From assembly GCF_000020385.1 (NCBI RefSeq), contig NC_010814.1, positions 2,100,001 to 2,132,000 of the forward strand: DNA of 32,000 nt, given 5' to 3'. The notes beneath the pieces were generated by a model. The model worked only from the letters and a program-made list of their open reading frames with translations, was not told the DNA's origin and searched no databases. Below are positions 16,601 through 25,650 of the stretch, in pieces; within the stretch, counting starts at the first letter, position 1, and each line of letters begins with the position of its first letter. This stretch comes from Trichlorobacter lovleyi SZ. Its GTDB lineage: Bacteria > Desulfobacterota > Desulfuromonadia > Geobacterales > Pseudopelobacteraceae. A program made the translations under genes and the position numbers.

Positions 16601-17211
16601 ATTCGGCGCTACCAAGTTTAGATGTCGCAACCGCCCTGCGTCGAATGGGCGGTCACAGCGAATTATTGAACAGCCTGTTAAAATCCTTTGCAAAGGAGCA
16701 CGGCCTGTCGGCAGATGAGCTTAAAGCCTTGCTGTCTGAAGGTAAAACAGATGACGCGCTGCACCTGGCCCATAACATAAAAGGCGTTTCCGGAACCGTT
16801 GGGGCAGTACGGCTGATGCAGGCGGCTGCAGCGTTGGAACAGCAACTGCGTTCAGATCCACGTCAGGCAGACCTGGACCTGTTTACCCGCGAGCTGGAGC
16901 TGGGCTTGTCTGCCATCAATCGTTATCTGCTCAGCCAGGAGCGGACCGTAACCGCTCCTGGCGGCGACCATACGCCACTTGATTATGAAAAACTGCATCC
17001 CTTGTTGCAGGAACTGACCACCTATCTGCGTGAACAGGAGCTTGCTCCTGAACAGCTGCTGCAGCAGATCGTAAAGCTATCTGCCGGCACAGACAGCCCG
17101 TTACTCGCAAATCTGCTGCGTCAGCTGGACCGTTTTGACCATGCCGGCGCACTTGAGACAGTACAACAGCTCATTGCCGGGCTGACAGAGCAGCCCCACC
17201 AGCCACGATGA
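13624..17211 (+). CDS. hybrid sensor histidine kinase (Cache-like periplasmic domain-TM-2xPAS-HisKA-HATPase-REC-Hpt)
   Basis: The ATGA start overlaps the upstream stop. [30 protein letters not shown] and GGTGLGLTI. Receiver motifs VLLVEDN and [12 protein letters not shown]. Hpt motif [12 protein letters not shown]. Confidence 0.9.
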   Translation: MTSTSFTKSPPRHWAIFSLTVLMLGLLLFLYLFREHERAGMREQEQLLRKAEIISKNTAWNLESLNKLLLSLQKDPALLANDPGYNQRFEDLANAMPGIRTIVRLDALGITRLSSRAELLGKGFSDRDYFLIPQQQAGKELLYVSPPFRTALNTYVINLSRSLRNPDGSFAGVIAASLDPDYFSSLLLSVLYAPDMRSALAHWDGLLFLMEPGHKEFIGKNLAVPGSFFSRHRASGKQQTVHTGTVYATGRNQMMAQITIQPESLKMNKPLVVAVSRDLDVVYADWRSEAILLGSLFLLSATVAGFTLHFFHKRHEEFTRQKAASDESIRKLNEELDRFFSMALDMLCIADLDGHFKRLNRSWEETLGYALDELTGKQFLEFIHPDDIPATLAALSDLDANKQILNFINRYRCKDGSYRWIEWRSTPCANLIYAAARDITERKNAEAALEESERFMRVLTDIIPGMVGYWDRDLHNRFANIAYLEWFGKTSEQMRGIHIRDLMGDELFAKNEPYMRAALNGERQRFERTLTKADGSIGYTWAHYIPDIANGQVRGFFVLVSDITELKLTQLQLEQRTKEAEAANRAKSEFLANMSHEIRTPMNAILGLTRLVLETELDPRQRDFLLKVYNASQALMEILNDILDYSKIEAGRVEIEQLPISVEEVVRNTMGLFRAKIEEKGLATIMELASSLPAVLQGDPMRLSQVLNNLVGNAVKFTESGEIRIMVEQIQEDCRTVTLCFSVQDTGIGLDKDETARLFQAFTQADSTISRKYGGTGLGLTICQRLVGLMGGSISVSSLKGVGSTFSFVIQMGKVPPGTQAKKLHAFADGAMGTPDSLAVLSAHQKKLELNRLRVLLVEDNRINQEVAAEILQQYGAQVTLADHGAAALELLTGPGFDVVLMDLHMPVMDGFEATRKIRELYDSATLPVIAMTAAVLQDDRERCTAAGMVDFVAKPINPLELVTVLKRFQKTSSPSSVPHEAAISPFEPSDPDSALPSLDVATALRRMGGHSELLNSLLKSFAKEHGLSADELKALLSEGKTDDALHLAHNIKGVSGTVGAVRLMQAAAALEQQLRSDPRQADLDLFTRELELGLSAINRYLLSQERTVTAPGGDHTPLDYEKLHPLLQELTTYLREQELAPEQLLQQIVKLSAGTDSPLLANLLRQLDRFDHAGALETVQQLIAGLTEQPHQPR

Positions 17212-17888
17212 AGATTTCCGTTATCATTCCGGTACTGCATGAGCAGGATCAGATCAACGGGATCATCAGACATCTGCGTTCCATTGATCCTGACGTTGAA
17301 ATTATCGTAGTTGACGGCGATCCAGGCGGTTCAACCATTGCGGTTATTGCTGACGGCACAGTGTTCCGGCTTGGCTCATCCATTAAAGGACGCGGCAATC
17401 AGCTGGCTGCAGGAACCGCCACTGCCAGCGGCGATATCCTGTTGATGCTGCATGCAGATACGTTTTTACCGTCTCATGCCTTCAGTTCCATCCTGACTGC
17501 GGTCAGCAGAGGAACTGACTGGGGCGCCTTCCGCCTGGGTATTGATGCCACCTCCCCCCTGTATCGTGTGATTGAAAGGTTTGTTGATCTGCGCTGTAAA
17601 CTGTTTGCGCTTCCTTATGGTGACCAGGCCATCTTTGTCCGTAGAGTTGCCTTGCAGGAGATCGGTGGCATTCCCGCCATTCCGCTGATGGAGGATGTGG
17701 CGTTGGCCCGCAAACTCCGGCAGACCGGCTTCAGGTTTGCTATGCTGTCCGAACGGGTGAGCACCTCTCCCCGCCGTTGGCAAAAGGATGGAGTTATTCG
17801 TCGCACTCTACATAACTGGCTATTGTTATTGCGTTATCTATGCGGCACAGAACCGGAAGAACTGACGAAATGGTACCGCCCGAACTAA
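17208..17888 (+). CDS. family-2 glycosyltransferase of the TIGR04283 type (rSAM/selenodomain-associated transferase 2; arsenosugar-associated)
   Basis: The ATGA start overlaps the kinase stop. [43 protein letters not shown] and TSPRRW match my recollection of this family's conserved blocks. Confidence 0.8.
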   Translation: MKISVIIPVLHEQDQINGIIRHLRSIDPDVEIIVVDGDPGGSTIAVIADGTVFRLGSSIKGRGNQLAAGTATASGDILLMLHADTFLPSHAFSSILTAVSRGTDWGAFRLGIDATSPLYRVIERFVDLRCKLFALPYGDQAIFVRRVALQEIGGIPAIPLMEDVALARKLRQTGFRFAMLSERVSTSPRRWQKDGVIRRTLHNWLLLLRYLCGTEPEELTKWYRPN

Positions 17889-17984
17889 CACGGTCCGGTC
17901 CCAGGTTACTACTGCAGGCAGTTACAGGCCAACCGTCTATTCAACCAGATTCATATGAGAGAAATATACATAGGGAGGTACACC

Positions 17985-18356
17985 ATGAATTATTTTTTGA
18001 GCATATTCTGCGTATGCCAGATCCTGGTCGCAACATCTGCCCTGGCCGCCGATTTTACCGGGACCTGGTGCCGCCCTCAGCACAGTGGAATGCCGGATGA
18101 CATTATCTGGGTTGCTGCAGGCACAGAACTCTACTCAGTCAAACTTACAGAAGGCTGGCAGGGCAAGCATTATTCTCAGGGAGTCGCCTCTGCAGTTGGT
18201 AATAAACTGATTGCCACCTTAAAGGGTGAGGCCTCCGGCAAGACAATCCACGCTGTCATGGCACTCTCGGACAATCAGCTTTCGTACCGCTCCTACAAAG
18301 ACAACCAGACCAGTCACTACTGGCAGGGCAATTACCAGCGATGCTCCAAACCGTAG
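17985..18356 (+). CDS. small exported hypothetical protein
   Basis: The ATG at 17985 lies 7 nt after GGGAGG. Signal peptide MNYFLSIFCVCQILVATSALA. I recognise no family. The 3' end overlaps the next gene by 16 nt. Confidence 0.6.
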   Translation: MNYFLSIFCVCQILVATSALAADFTGTWCRPQHSGMPDDIIWVAAGTELYSVKLTEGWQGKHYSQGVASAVGNKLIATLKGEASGKTIHAVMALSDNQLSYRSYKDNQTSHYWQGNYQRCSKP

Positions 18357-18958
18357 CCCTGTTCGTCAAACCGCCTATCCCCGGCCGGGTTAAGACCCGC
18401 CTGGCCAGGGCTATCGGTGCAGATGAGGCCTGCACTATCTACCGCACTCTGGCTGATCACACGATTCAGCAGGTACAAGCCAGCGGTACGCCGCTGGCCT
18501 TGTTCTTTGACGGTTCTGATCCGGCAGCTTTGCCGCCTGCCTGGGTGCAGGCTTCACAGGTCTGTTTGCCTCAGCAGGGTGATGATCTGGGAGAACGGAT
18601 GGCGGCTGTCTTCAGATATCTGTTTGCTGCCGGTGTCAAACAAGCGGTTTTGATCGGCAGTGACATACCCGGTATTGATGCCGCCTATCTTCAGCAGGCT
18701 TTTGAGTTGCTGGCCGCTAACGCCATGGTGCTCGGTCCTGCTCTTGATGGCGGCTACTGCCTGATCGGCTTCAACAAGATCCATTTTACTGAATCCGTCT
18801 TTCAGAATATCCCCTGGAGCACTGACCAGGTCTTTGAACTGACGCTACATAGTGTGCAGCAGGCAGCGTTGACCGTGGGCCTGCTGCCGCCGCTGCAGGA
18901 CATTGATACGATTGCCGACCTGAAGCATCTTAATCCGGCAAGATTCCAGGTTGACTGA
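18341..18958 (+). CDS. DUF2064 / TIGR04282-type transferase (rSAM/selenodomain-associated transferase 1; arsenosugar-associated)
   Basis: Hallmark N-terminus LFVKPPIPGRVKTRLA, then GDDLGERM, VLIGSDIPG, GPALDGGYCLIG and IPWSTDQV. Confidence 0.82.
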   Translation: MLQTVALFVKPPIPGRVKTRLARAIGADEACTIYRTLADHTIQQVQASGTPLALFFDGSDPAALPPAWVQASQVCLPQQGDDLGERMAAVFRYLFAAGVKQAVLIGSDIPGIDAAYLQQAFELLAANAMVLGPALDGGYCLIGFNKIHFTESVFQNIPWSTDQVFELTLHSVQQAALTVGLLPPLQDIDTIADLKHLNPARFQVD

Positions 18959-18961
18959 GTG

Positions 18962-18990
18962 TTGACAAAACAGACCAAAGCCTGAATGAT
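18962..18990 (+). promoter_or_regulatory. sigma-70-like promoter candidate for the M3 peptidase gene
   Basis: TTGACA (18962-18967), a 17-nt spacer, then AATGAT (18985-18990). The -10 box covers the track ATG at 18986, which favours the SD-preceded ATG at 19028 as the real start. Confidence 0.4.
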
Positions 18991-19027
18991 GGCAACCTCA
19001 GAGAAAACCACCAAGGAGCCATCATAC

Positions 19028-20806
19028 ATGTCCCAACCTGACCTGACCTGGAATACCGCCCTGCTCTACCCTGCCCCCGACTCCCCGGAGCTTGAGGCTG
19101 ATCTTGCCTCATTTGATCAGCTGGCCGCTGACTTTCGCGCCCAATACTTTGAAAAGATCGCAACGCTGTCCCCCTCTGATATACTCAAGGCACTGTCTGA
19201 GTACGAGGCAATGCAGACCCGGATGGCAAAGCCGTTCTGCTACAGCCACCTGCTGTTTGCCTCAGACTCCGGCAACGAGATCCACCGCGCCCTGTCCCAG
19301 CGCTGCTCCGAGCTGGGCAGCCGCCTCTCGCAAGCGCTCTTGTTCTTTGATCTGGAGCTGATGAACCTGCCGGATGATCTTTTCAGCCAGGTCTGCAGCC
19401 TGCCCGGAGCATCCGGATATGTCCATTTTCTGGAAGGTATCCGCAAGTTCAAACCGTACACCCTGCAGGAAAACGAGGAACGCCTCCTGACACGTAAAGA
19501 CCTGACCGGTAGCCGTGCCTTTACCAAGCTGTTTGATGAGCTGTCTGCTTCCCTAACGTATCAGATGGAGTTTGAAGGTGAGGTAAAGGAATTTACCGGC
19601 GAAGAACTGCTCTCCCTGCTGCACCATCCCTCGGCAGAGGTCCGCTTTAACGCCCAGACCTGTTTTTTGGAAAAACATGCAGAGTCCGGCAATGCCCTGG
19701 TCTTTGGCACGGTCTTCAACACCATGGCCCTGGACCATGGCCAGGAGATGGAACTGCGGGGCTACCAGTCTGCGATCCAGCCCACCAACATTGGCAACGA
19801 ACTAACCGACGAGGCGGTGGAACACCTGATGCAAACCACTGAGGCCAACTACGGTCTGGCCCAGGAATACTTCCGCCTCAAGGCAAAGATGCTGGGCATG
19901 GACAAGATCCGCAACTGCGATGTCTATGCGCCGGTGGCAGAGGCACAGAAAAAGTATGAGTTTGACGAAGCCCGCGACCTGACGGTTGCAGCCTACCGCA
20001 ACTATGACCCTCAGTTTGGCGATATTATCAAGGCCTTTTTTGACGAGCGCAGGGTGGATGTCATGCCACGCCAGGGCAAGTCCGGCGGCGCCTTTGCCAT
20101 GGGTATCTCGCCGGTTGATCCACCCTTTCTGCTTTTGAACTTCACCAATAATCTTCGTGATATCGCAACCATTGCCCACGAAGCCGGCCATGGTCTGCAT
20201 TTTGTCCTGTCCCAGAAGCAGAACAGCCTGAACTACCATGCTCCGCTGCCACTGGCAGAAACCGCCTCGGTCTTTGGCGAGATGCTGCTGACCCGCATGC
20301 TGCTGGATACGGAAACTGATCCTGAGGTTCGCAAATCACTGCTCTGTGCCAAGATAGAAGATATCATTGCCACCACCTTCCGCCAGACCGTTCTGACCCG
20401 CTTTGAGCTGCGGCTGCATCAGGAACGACAGCAGGGACTGCTTTCCAATGAGCGGATCAGCCAGATCTGGCTGGAAGAGAACAGCAAACTGTTCGGCGAT
20501 GCGGTAGAGATGATACCGGCCTATCAATGGGGCTGGTCCTACATCAGCCACTTTATTCACAGCCGGTTCTACTGCTACTCCTACACCTTTGCCGAGCTGC
20601 TGGTACTGGCGCTGTACCAGCAGTACCGAGAAACCGGAGACGCCTTCAAGCCGGGCTATCGTGCCCTGCTGGAGTCAGGCGGTGCGCTGTCGCCAGCCGA
20701 CACTGCCAAACTGGCCGGGATTGATATTGAAAGCTCCGGCTTCTGGCAAAAAGGGCATGACTTTCTGGAAGGATTGATTGAGGAATTGAAGGCGATGGTC
20801 TCTTAA
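19028..20806 (+). CDS. M3B-family oligoendopeptidase (PepF-like)
   Basis: Zinc motif HEAGHGLH with a downstream ETASVFGE. Length of about 590 aa. AAGGAG (19013-19018) lies 9 nt before the ATG at 19028. The track start at 18986 is the alternative. Confidence 0.88.
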   Translation: MSQPDLTWNTALLYPAPDSPELEADLASFDQLAADFRAQYFEKIATLSPSDILKALSEYEAMQTRMAKPFCYSHLLFASDSGNEIHRALSQRCSELGSRLSQALLFFDLELMNLPDDLFSQVCSLPGASGYVHFLEGIRKFKPYTLQENEERLLTRKDLTGSRAFTKLFDELSASLTYQMEFEGEVKEFTGEELLSLLHHPSAEVRFNAQTCFLEKHAESGNALVFGTVFNTMALDHGQEMELRGYQSAIQPTNIGNELTDEAVEHLMQTTEANYGLAQEYFRLKAKMLGMDKIRNCDVYAPVAEAQKKYEFDEARDLTVAAYRNYDPQFGDIIKAFFDERRVDVMPRQGKSGGAFAMGISPVDPPFLLLNFTNNLRDIATIAHEAGHGLHFVLSQKQNSLNYHAPLPLAETASVFGEMLLTRMLLDTETDPEVRKSLLCAKIEDIIATTFRQTVLTRFELRLHQERQQGLLSNERISQIWLEENSKLFGDAVEMIPAYQWGWSYISHFIHSRFYCYSYTFAELLVLALYQQYRETGDAFKPGYRALLESGGALSPADTAKLAGIDIESSGFWQKGHDFLEGLIEELKAMVS

Positions 20807-20850
20807 TCAGCAACACAGGACCATTGGCAAAACAGCTTTAGTCTGCAGAT

Positions 20851-20878
20851 TTGACAAGCCGGTCAGTTCAGCTACAGT
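20851..20878 (+). promoter_or_regulatory. sigma-70-like promoter candidate for the carbonic anhydrase gene
   Basis: TTGACA (20851-20856), a 16-nt spacer, then TACAGT (20873-20878). It lies 34 nt upstream of the ATG at 20912, which follows GGAG. Confidence 0.45.
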
Positions 20879-20911
20879 TATCTCAACCGATCTACGAAAT
20901 GGAGCGAATCA

Positions 20912-21616
20912 ATGAGAAAAATTGTGGCAAGCATCCTCGTGGGAACCTTGGCAGCAGCAGGTTTGGTATTCGCCTCAGCGGGCACTCCGTCTGTTTCAGC
21001 CGATGAAGCGCTTAAAAGACTGATGGATGGTAATGAACGCTACACGGCAGAAAAACCGACTGCAGCTCAACGTAGCACCAAGGCATCACGGGCAGCCTTG
21101 GCAAAATCGCAATCACCGTACGCCATCATCCTCACCTGTTCTGATTCACGTGTTCCACCGGAACTGCTTTTTGACAGCGGCCTTGGTGAACTTTTTGTGA
21201 TTCGGGTGGCCGGCAATATCCCTGACCCGGTGGTGTTGGGCAGCATTGAATATGCCGCTGAACACCTTGGCACACCCCTCGTCATGGTGCTTGGCCATGA
21301 GCGCTGCGGTGCGGTAAGAGCCACTGTTGATGCCAAAGGCAAGGCCCACGGCAATATTGGCGCCATTGTGAAGGCCATTGCCCCTTCCATCAAAAAGGCA
21401 ACCAAAGAATGCGCCGCCTGTAAAGAAGATAAACAGTGTGAAAAAACCAGAAAGAGTGAGTATGTGGAATGCGTTATAGATACGAATGTCAAACTGGTCA
21501 CCGCAAACCTGACCAAAAACTCAAAGGTACTGAAACATCTGGTGGCGGAGAAGAAACTAAAGATTGTCTCTGCCAAATACGATCTTGATGATGGTAAAGT
21601 CACTCCTTTCAAATAG
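20912..21616 (+). CDS. beta-class carbonic anhydrase with N-terminal signal peptide
   Basis: Zinc ligand motifs CSDSRVPPE and GHERCGAV, plus FVIRVAGN. Signal peptide MRKIVASILVGTLAAAGLVFASA. Confidence 0.9.
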   Translation: MRKIVASILVGTLAAAGLVFASAGTPSVSADEALKRLMDGNERYTAEKPTAAQRSTKASRAALAKSQSPYAIILTCSDSRVPPELLFDSGLGELFVIRVAGNIPDPVVLGSIEYAAEHLGTPLVMVLGHERCGAVRATVDAKGKAHGNIGAIVKAIAPSIKKATKECAACKEDKQCEKTRKSEYVECVIDTNVKLVTANLTKNSKVLKHLVAEKKLKIVSAKYDLDDGKVTPFK

Positions 21617-21642
21617 TTACAGACTTATCTGATACGTTTCAA

Positions 21643-21690
21643 ACAAGCCCCTTCCCGCAACCGGAGGGGGCTTGTTGTTACTCTGTTTTT
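21643..21690. terminator. stem-loop terminator between convergent genes
   Basis: A 13-bp stem (21643-21655 pairs with 21663-21675, core ACAAGCCCC/GGGGCTTGT) and a 7-nt loop. A T-rich run ending in TTTTT at 21690 follows on the plus strand. Confidence 0.7.
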
Positions 21691-21701
21691 AATAACTTTG
21701 A

Positions 21702-22817
21702 CTACACCGTCAGATCAACATCCTGTAACGATCCAACACTGCCATCTTCTTTCAGGTAGACACTGCTTGCCCGCAACGTACCGAGAGACTCATTGACACC
21801 GGTCTTGATATCAAATTCCGTGGAGACCGCCCCCAAATAGAGAGCACCCACCCCGCTGATTTTCAAACCAGTCAGAGACTCATTGCCTTGTGCGTCCCGT
21901 GTCCAGGCCTTTAATTGGCTGAATACCGGATCGTTATCATCGATCCAGCCATTTTTGTCCTGATCATAGGCAGCCAGGTCTTGAAAACCATTGCCACTGA
22001 CCGTGCCAAACAGTTCGCTGCCGTCATTAATTGTGCCGTCTCCATTTTTATCCAGAGCTATAAAACCGCTATTGGGTCCGACAAATGAAATCTGCTCTGC
22101 AGTTCCATCCGAGTTGATGTCAAAGCTGAATTTTGTGTCGGTCAGTTGAGCCGCGGTACCGCCAAAGTTAATAACCAGAGGATCTTGCTGTTTCAATACG
22201 GCATCCCCCATCCGGATGCTGGTGGTCTGTTCGGTGGCAACTACTCGCTGCATAGTAAACTCAAGGCTAAAGTCAACCTGTTTACCATCAGTGGTTCTTA
22301 CTACTCCCTTAGTAGAAAAACTCATCAGCTCTGCCTCAAGTGTAGTCTGCTGTGCATCGTATTCCAGGCCAAACCCCATCGGCGCAACGGGCTGTTGCGG
22401 GGTTGTCTGTGGTTGCGATAACGCCGCAGCCTGACTTGCAGCTTGAGTTAACTCAGCAGCCTTTTCCGGATCAACATTTTCTACCTGTGGAGATACTCTC
22501 GTCAACTTGATCTTCTTTCCGGTAAGCAACTCCATCAGGACACTGATAAATTTTGATACCGGATCGCTCGCGGCTGCCGCATCATCATCTTCCCTTGATC
22601 TGACCGATCTGGTCTGATTGCCCTGGCCATGGGTCGCAGATCGGGCCTGCTGCGACAAGTCAACATTGTCACGTGTCAACAGCTGTAACCCTTCTCCCAT
22701 CTTCTCAAAATCAGGTCGTTGATTGCCAACCCAGACCTTGAGTGATTCAGATTTGCTTTCCTCTTTCACTGCAATGTGCTGGCTGGTCATCTGGATATCT
22801 GAACTTTGAATTTTCAT
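21702..22817 (-). CDS. hypothetical protein with three C-terminal EF-hand/dockerin-like calcium-binding loops; no signal peptide
   Basis: The ATG at 22817 lies 6 nt after GGGGAGG; the track start at 22868 is a GTG without an SD. Calcium-binding loops: DINSDGTAEQI, DKNGDGTINDGSE and DQDKNGWIDDND. The N-terminus MKIQSSDIQMTSQH is hydrophilic. Confidence 0.75.
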   Translation of the reverse strand: MKIQSSDIQMTSQHIAVKEESKSESLKVWVGNQRPDFEKMGEGLQLLTRDNVDLSQQARSATHGQGNQTRSVRSREDDDAAAASDPVSKFISVLMELLTGKKIKLTRVSPQVENVDPEKAAELTQAASQAAALSQPQTTPQQPVAPMGFGLEYDAQQTTLEAELMSFSTKGVVRTTDGKQVDFSLEFTMQRVVATEQTTSIRMGDAVLKQQDPLVINFGGTAAQLTDTKFSFDINSDGTAEQISFVGPNSGFIALDKNGDGTINDGSELFGTVSGNGFQDLAAYDQDKNGWIDDNDPVFSQLKAWTRDAQGNESLTGLKISGVGALYLGAVSTEFDIKTGVNESLGTLRASSVYLKEDGSVGSLQDVDLTV

Positions 22818-22858
22818 GGCAGCCTCCCCAATAACCGGCATTACTGCATATGGGGTTC

Positions 22859-22866
22859 TTATCGGC
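22859..22866 (-). promoter_or_regulatory. possible sigma-28 (FliA) -10 element
   Basis: The minus strand reads GCCGATAA, an 8/8 match to the enterobacterial sigma-28 -10 consensus. It lies 42 nt upstream of the ATG at 22817. No convincing TAAA -35 element is present at the expected spacing. Confidence 0.25.
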
Positions 22867-22974
22867 ACTTTCTGAAAACAATGAAAAGCACGTTCTTGCT
22901 CCTTGACTTACCCGCAATCCATGCTTACCTCATAAACAACAGGTACAAAGAGTACCTTTGAAAGGAAGCTGGTT

Positions 22975-25575
22975 ATGGATATCAATCGTCTGACACAAAA
23001 ATCCCAGGAAGCCTTAGGGGCAGCTCAAGCCAAAGCAACATCATACGGCCATGTGGAAGTGGATGGCGAACATCTGCTCTGGGCCCTGCTGGATCAGGAA
23101 AACGGCCTGGTCCCTCGCATTCTGGCAAAAATGGATGTGGATGTGCCGAGCCTGCTCAAGGCCACCGAGGTCGAGCTTGACCGCAGGGCACGGGTCTCCG
23201 GCCCGGGTGCGGAACCGGGCAAGATCCGTGTGTCACAACGGTTTTCCCGTTTGTTGGTGGCTGCCGAGGCTGAAGCCAAACGGTTAAAGGATGACTATAT
23301 CTCGGTTGAGCATCTGCTGATGGCGTTGATGGCAGAAGGAGAAGGCAGCGGCGCCGGTAAACTCCTCAAACAGCACAATATCACGCAAGAGCGACTGCTG
23401 GCCGCCCTGACTGAAGTCCGGGGCAACCAACGGGTAACCTCGGCCAACCCGGAAGAGACCTATGAGGCACTGGAAAAATACGGCCGCGATCTGGTCAAGA
23501 TGGCCCGTACCGACAAGCTGGACCCGGTCATCGGCCGTGATGAGGAGATCCGGCGGGTGATCCGTATCCTGTCCCGCAAGACCAAGAACAATCCGGTTCT
23601 GATCGGTGAACCGGGGGTGGGCAAAACCGCTGTGGTGGAAGGACTGGCCCAGCGGATCGTAAAGGGGGATGTGCCGGAAGGTCTGAAGGACAAGACCATC
23701 TTTGCCCTGGATATGGGTTCCCTGATTGCCGGCGCCAAGTATCGTGGCGAATTTGAAGAGCGTCTCAAGGCGGTTTTGAACGAGATCAAACAGGCTGAAG
23801 GAAGGATCATCCTTTTCATTGATGAGCTGCACACCATTGTTGGGGCCGGCAAGGCCGAAGGCGCCATGGATGCCGGCAACATGTTAAAACCGATGCTGGC
23901 CAGGGGAGAGCTGCATTGCATTGGTGCCACCACACTGGATGAGTACCGGCAGAACATAGAAAAAGATCCGGCCCTTGAACGTCGTTTTCAACCGGTACTG
24001 GTTGATCAGCCCACGGTGGAAGATACGGTCTCAATCCTGCGCGGCCTGAAAGAGCGTTTTGAGGTCCATCACGGCGTAAAAATCCAGGACAATGCTCTGG
24101 TGGCAGCCTCTACCCTCTCCCATCGCTATATCACCGAGCGGTTCCTGCCGGACAAGGCGATCGATCTGGTGGATGAGGCCTGCGCCATGCTGCGCACCGA
24201 GATCGACTCGCTGCCATCTGAGCTGGACACCATCTCCCGCCGGGTGGTGCAGCTTGAGATAGAAGAGCAGGCGCTCAAGCACGAAAAGGATCAGGCCAGC
24301 CGTGAGCGCCTTGAAGCACTGCGTAAAGAGCTGGTGGAAGAACGGGGAAGAGCCGATTCCATGCGAGCCCAGTACGATGCTGAAAAGGTGGCGATCCAGC
24401 GGGTACAGGGCTTAAGGGAACAGATCGAGAAGACCCGCCGCGAGATTGAGCAGGCCGAACGTTCCTATAACCTGGAACAAGCCTCAAAACTGAAATACTC
24501 CGAACTGCCCGGTCTTGAAACCGCTCTCAAGAATGAAGAGGCAGCGCTCAACAGTAAACAGGGGGGGCAGAAACTGCTGCGGGAAGAGGTGACCGAAGAC
24601 GAGATCGCCGAGATTGTTGCCCACTGGACCGGCATCCCGGTGACACGGCTGGTTGAAACTGAGCGGGACAAACTGCTCAAGCTGGACGAGATCCTGCACC
24701 AGCGGGTGGTGGGCCAGGATGAGGCGGTGCAGTTGGTGGCAGATGCCGTACTGCGGGCCCGCTCCGGCATCAAGGACCCCAAACGCCCGATCGGCTCATT
24801 CATCTTCCTGGGCCCCACCGGGGTTGGCAAGACCGAGCTGGCCCGCACCCTGGCCGAATCGCTGTTCGACTCGGAAGAGAACATGGTGCGGATCGACATG
24901 TCCGAGTATATGGAGAAGTTTGCAGTATCCAGGCTGATCGGTGCACCTCCCGGCTACGTGGGTTACGAAGAAGGTGGTCAGCTGACTGAGGCAGTCAGAC
25001 GCAAGCCCTATTGCGTACTACTGTTCGATGAGATCGAGAAGGCCCATCCGGACGTCTTTAACATCCTGTTACAGATTCTGGATGACGGACGGGTTACCGA
25101 CAGTCACGGACGTACGGTCAGCTTCAAGAACACAGTTATTATAATGACTTCAAATATAGGTGCGCCACATCTGCTTGAAGGAATCACACCTGACGGCGAC
25201 ATCCGTGAATCAGCCAGAATCGCGGTTATGAATGAGCTGAAGCACGCCTTCAGGCCTGAATTCCTGAACCGGGTGGATGATATTGTACTGTTTAAACCGC
25301 TGCACCTGGATGAGGTCACCAGGATTGCCGGTCTGCTGGCCAGGCAGCTGGTGGAACGTCTGAAGGACCGCCGGATCAACCTGGAGATCAGTGACGAAGC
25401 CCTGAAACAGATTGCCCGGGCCGGTTATGACCCGGTCTATGGTGCCCGCCCCTTAAAGCGCTATCTGCAGCGAGAGCTGGAGACAAAGGTTGCCAGGGCC
25501 ATTATTGCCGGACAAGTGGCTGACGGCGGCTCCCTGCGGGTGGAGTTTGAGGACGGGAAACTGGTCATCCACTGA
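22975..25575 (+). CDS. clpB: ATP-dependent chaperone/disaggregase ClpB
   Basis: 866 aa. Clp N-domain. NBD1 has GEPGVGKT and ILFIDELH. A long coiled-coil middle domain follows. NBD2 has GPTGVGKT and [10 protein letters not shown]. There is a GARPLKR sensor motif. AAGGAAG lies upstream of the ATG. Confidence 0.97.
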   Translation: MDINRLTQKSQEALGAAQAKATSYGHVEVDGEHLLWALLDQENGLVPRILAKMDVDVPSLLKATEVELDRRARVSGPGAEPGKIRVSQRFSRLLVAAEAEAKRLKDDYISVEHLLMALMAEGEGSGAGKLLKQHNITQERLLAALTEVRGNQRVTSANPEETYEALEKYGRDLVKMARTDKLDPVIGRDEEIRRVIRILSRKTKNNPVLIGEPGVGKTAVVEGLAQRIVKGDVPEGLKDKTIFALDMGSLIAGAKYRGEFEERLKAVLNEIKQAEGRIILFIDELHTIVGAGKAEGAMDAGNMLKPMLARGELHCIGATTLDEYRQNIEKDPALERRFQPVLVDQPTVEDTVSILRGLKERFEVHHGVKIQDNALVAASTLSHRYITERFLPDKAIDLVDEACAMLRTEIDSLPSELDTISRRVVQLEIEEQALKHEKDQASRERLEALRKELVEERGRADSMRAQYDAEKVAIQRVQGLREQIEKTRREIEQAERSYNLEQASKLKYSELPGLETALKNEEAALNSKQGGQKLLREEVTEDEIAEIVAHWTGIPVTRLVETERDKLLKLDEILHQRVVGQDEAVQLVADAVLRARSGIKDPKRPIGSFIFLGPTGVGKTELARTLAESLFDSEENMVRIDMSEYMEKFAVSRLIGAPPGYVGYEEGGQLTEAVRRKPYCVLLFDEIEKAHPDVFNILLQILDDGRVTDSHGRTVSFKNTVIIMTSNIGAPHLLEGITPDGDIRESARIAVMNELKHAFRPEFLNRVDDIVLFKPLHLDEVTRIAGLLARQLVERLKDRRINLEISDEALKQIARAGYDPVYGARPLKRYLQRELETKVARAIIAGQVADGGSLRVEFEDGKLVIH

Positions 25576-25611
25576 TCAGTCTGATGACAGTATAAAATGG
25601 CACCCTTTACG

Positions 25612-25650
25612 CGCCCTGGGCTGACAACTCTGCACAGGGCGTTTGCTTGC
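25612..25650 (+). terminator. weak stem-loop after clpB
   Basis: A 7-bp stem, CGCCCTG (25612-25618) pairing with CAGGGCG (25635-25641), with a 16-nt loop. TTTGCTTGCTTGC follows. The large loop and interrupted T run make this weak. Confidence 0.3.

Noticed and set aside
22895-22960. A heat-shock promoter or CIRCE operator upstream of clpB. Candidates were CTTGCTC/CTTGACT boxes, a CCATGCTT element, and the small inverted repeat AGGTAC-N5-GTACCT at 22941-22957.
   Set aside because: There is no TTAGCACTC-N9-GAGTGCTAA CIRCE element. The sigma-32-like boxes match only about half of the consensus, and the better -35 has the wrong spacing. The sigma-70 alternative has a poor -10 (TACCTC). The 6-bp inverted repeat is too short to interpret.
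25598-25612. A sigma-54-like element, TGGCAC-N8-GC, just after the clpB stop.
   Set aside because: The -24 half is perfect and the GG-N10-GC spacing fits. However, the -12 region reads TACGC instead of TTGC. The element sits upstream of, and overlapping, the clpB stem-loop, and no enhancer-like repeats accompany it. It could be re-examined with 5' end mapping of the 25724 transcript.
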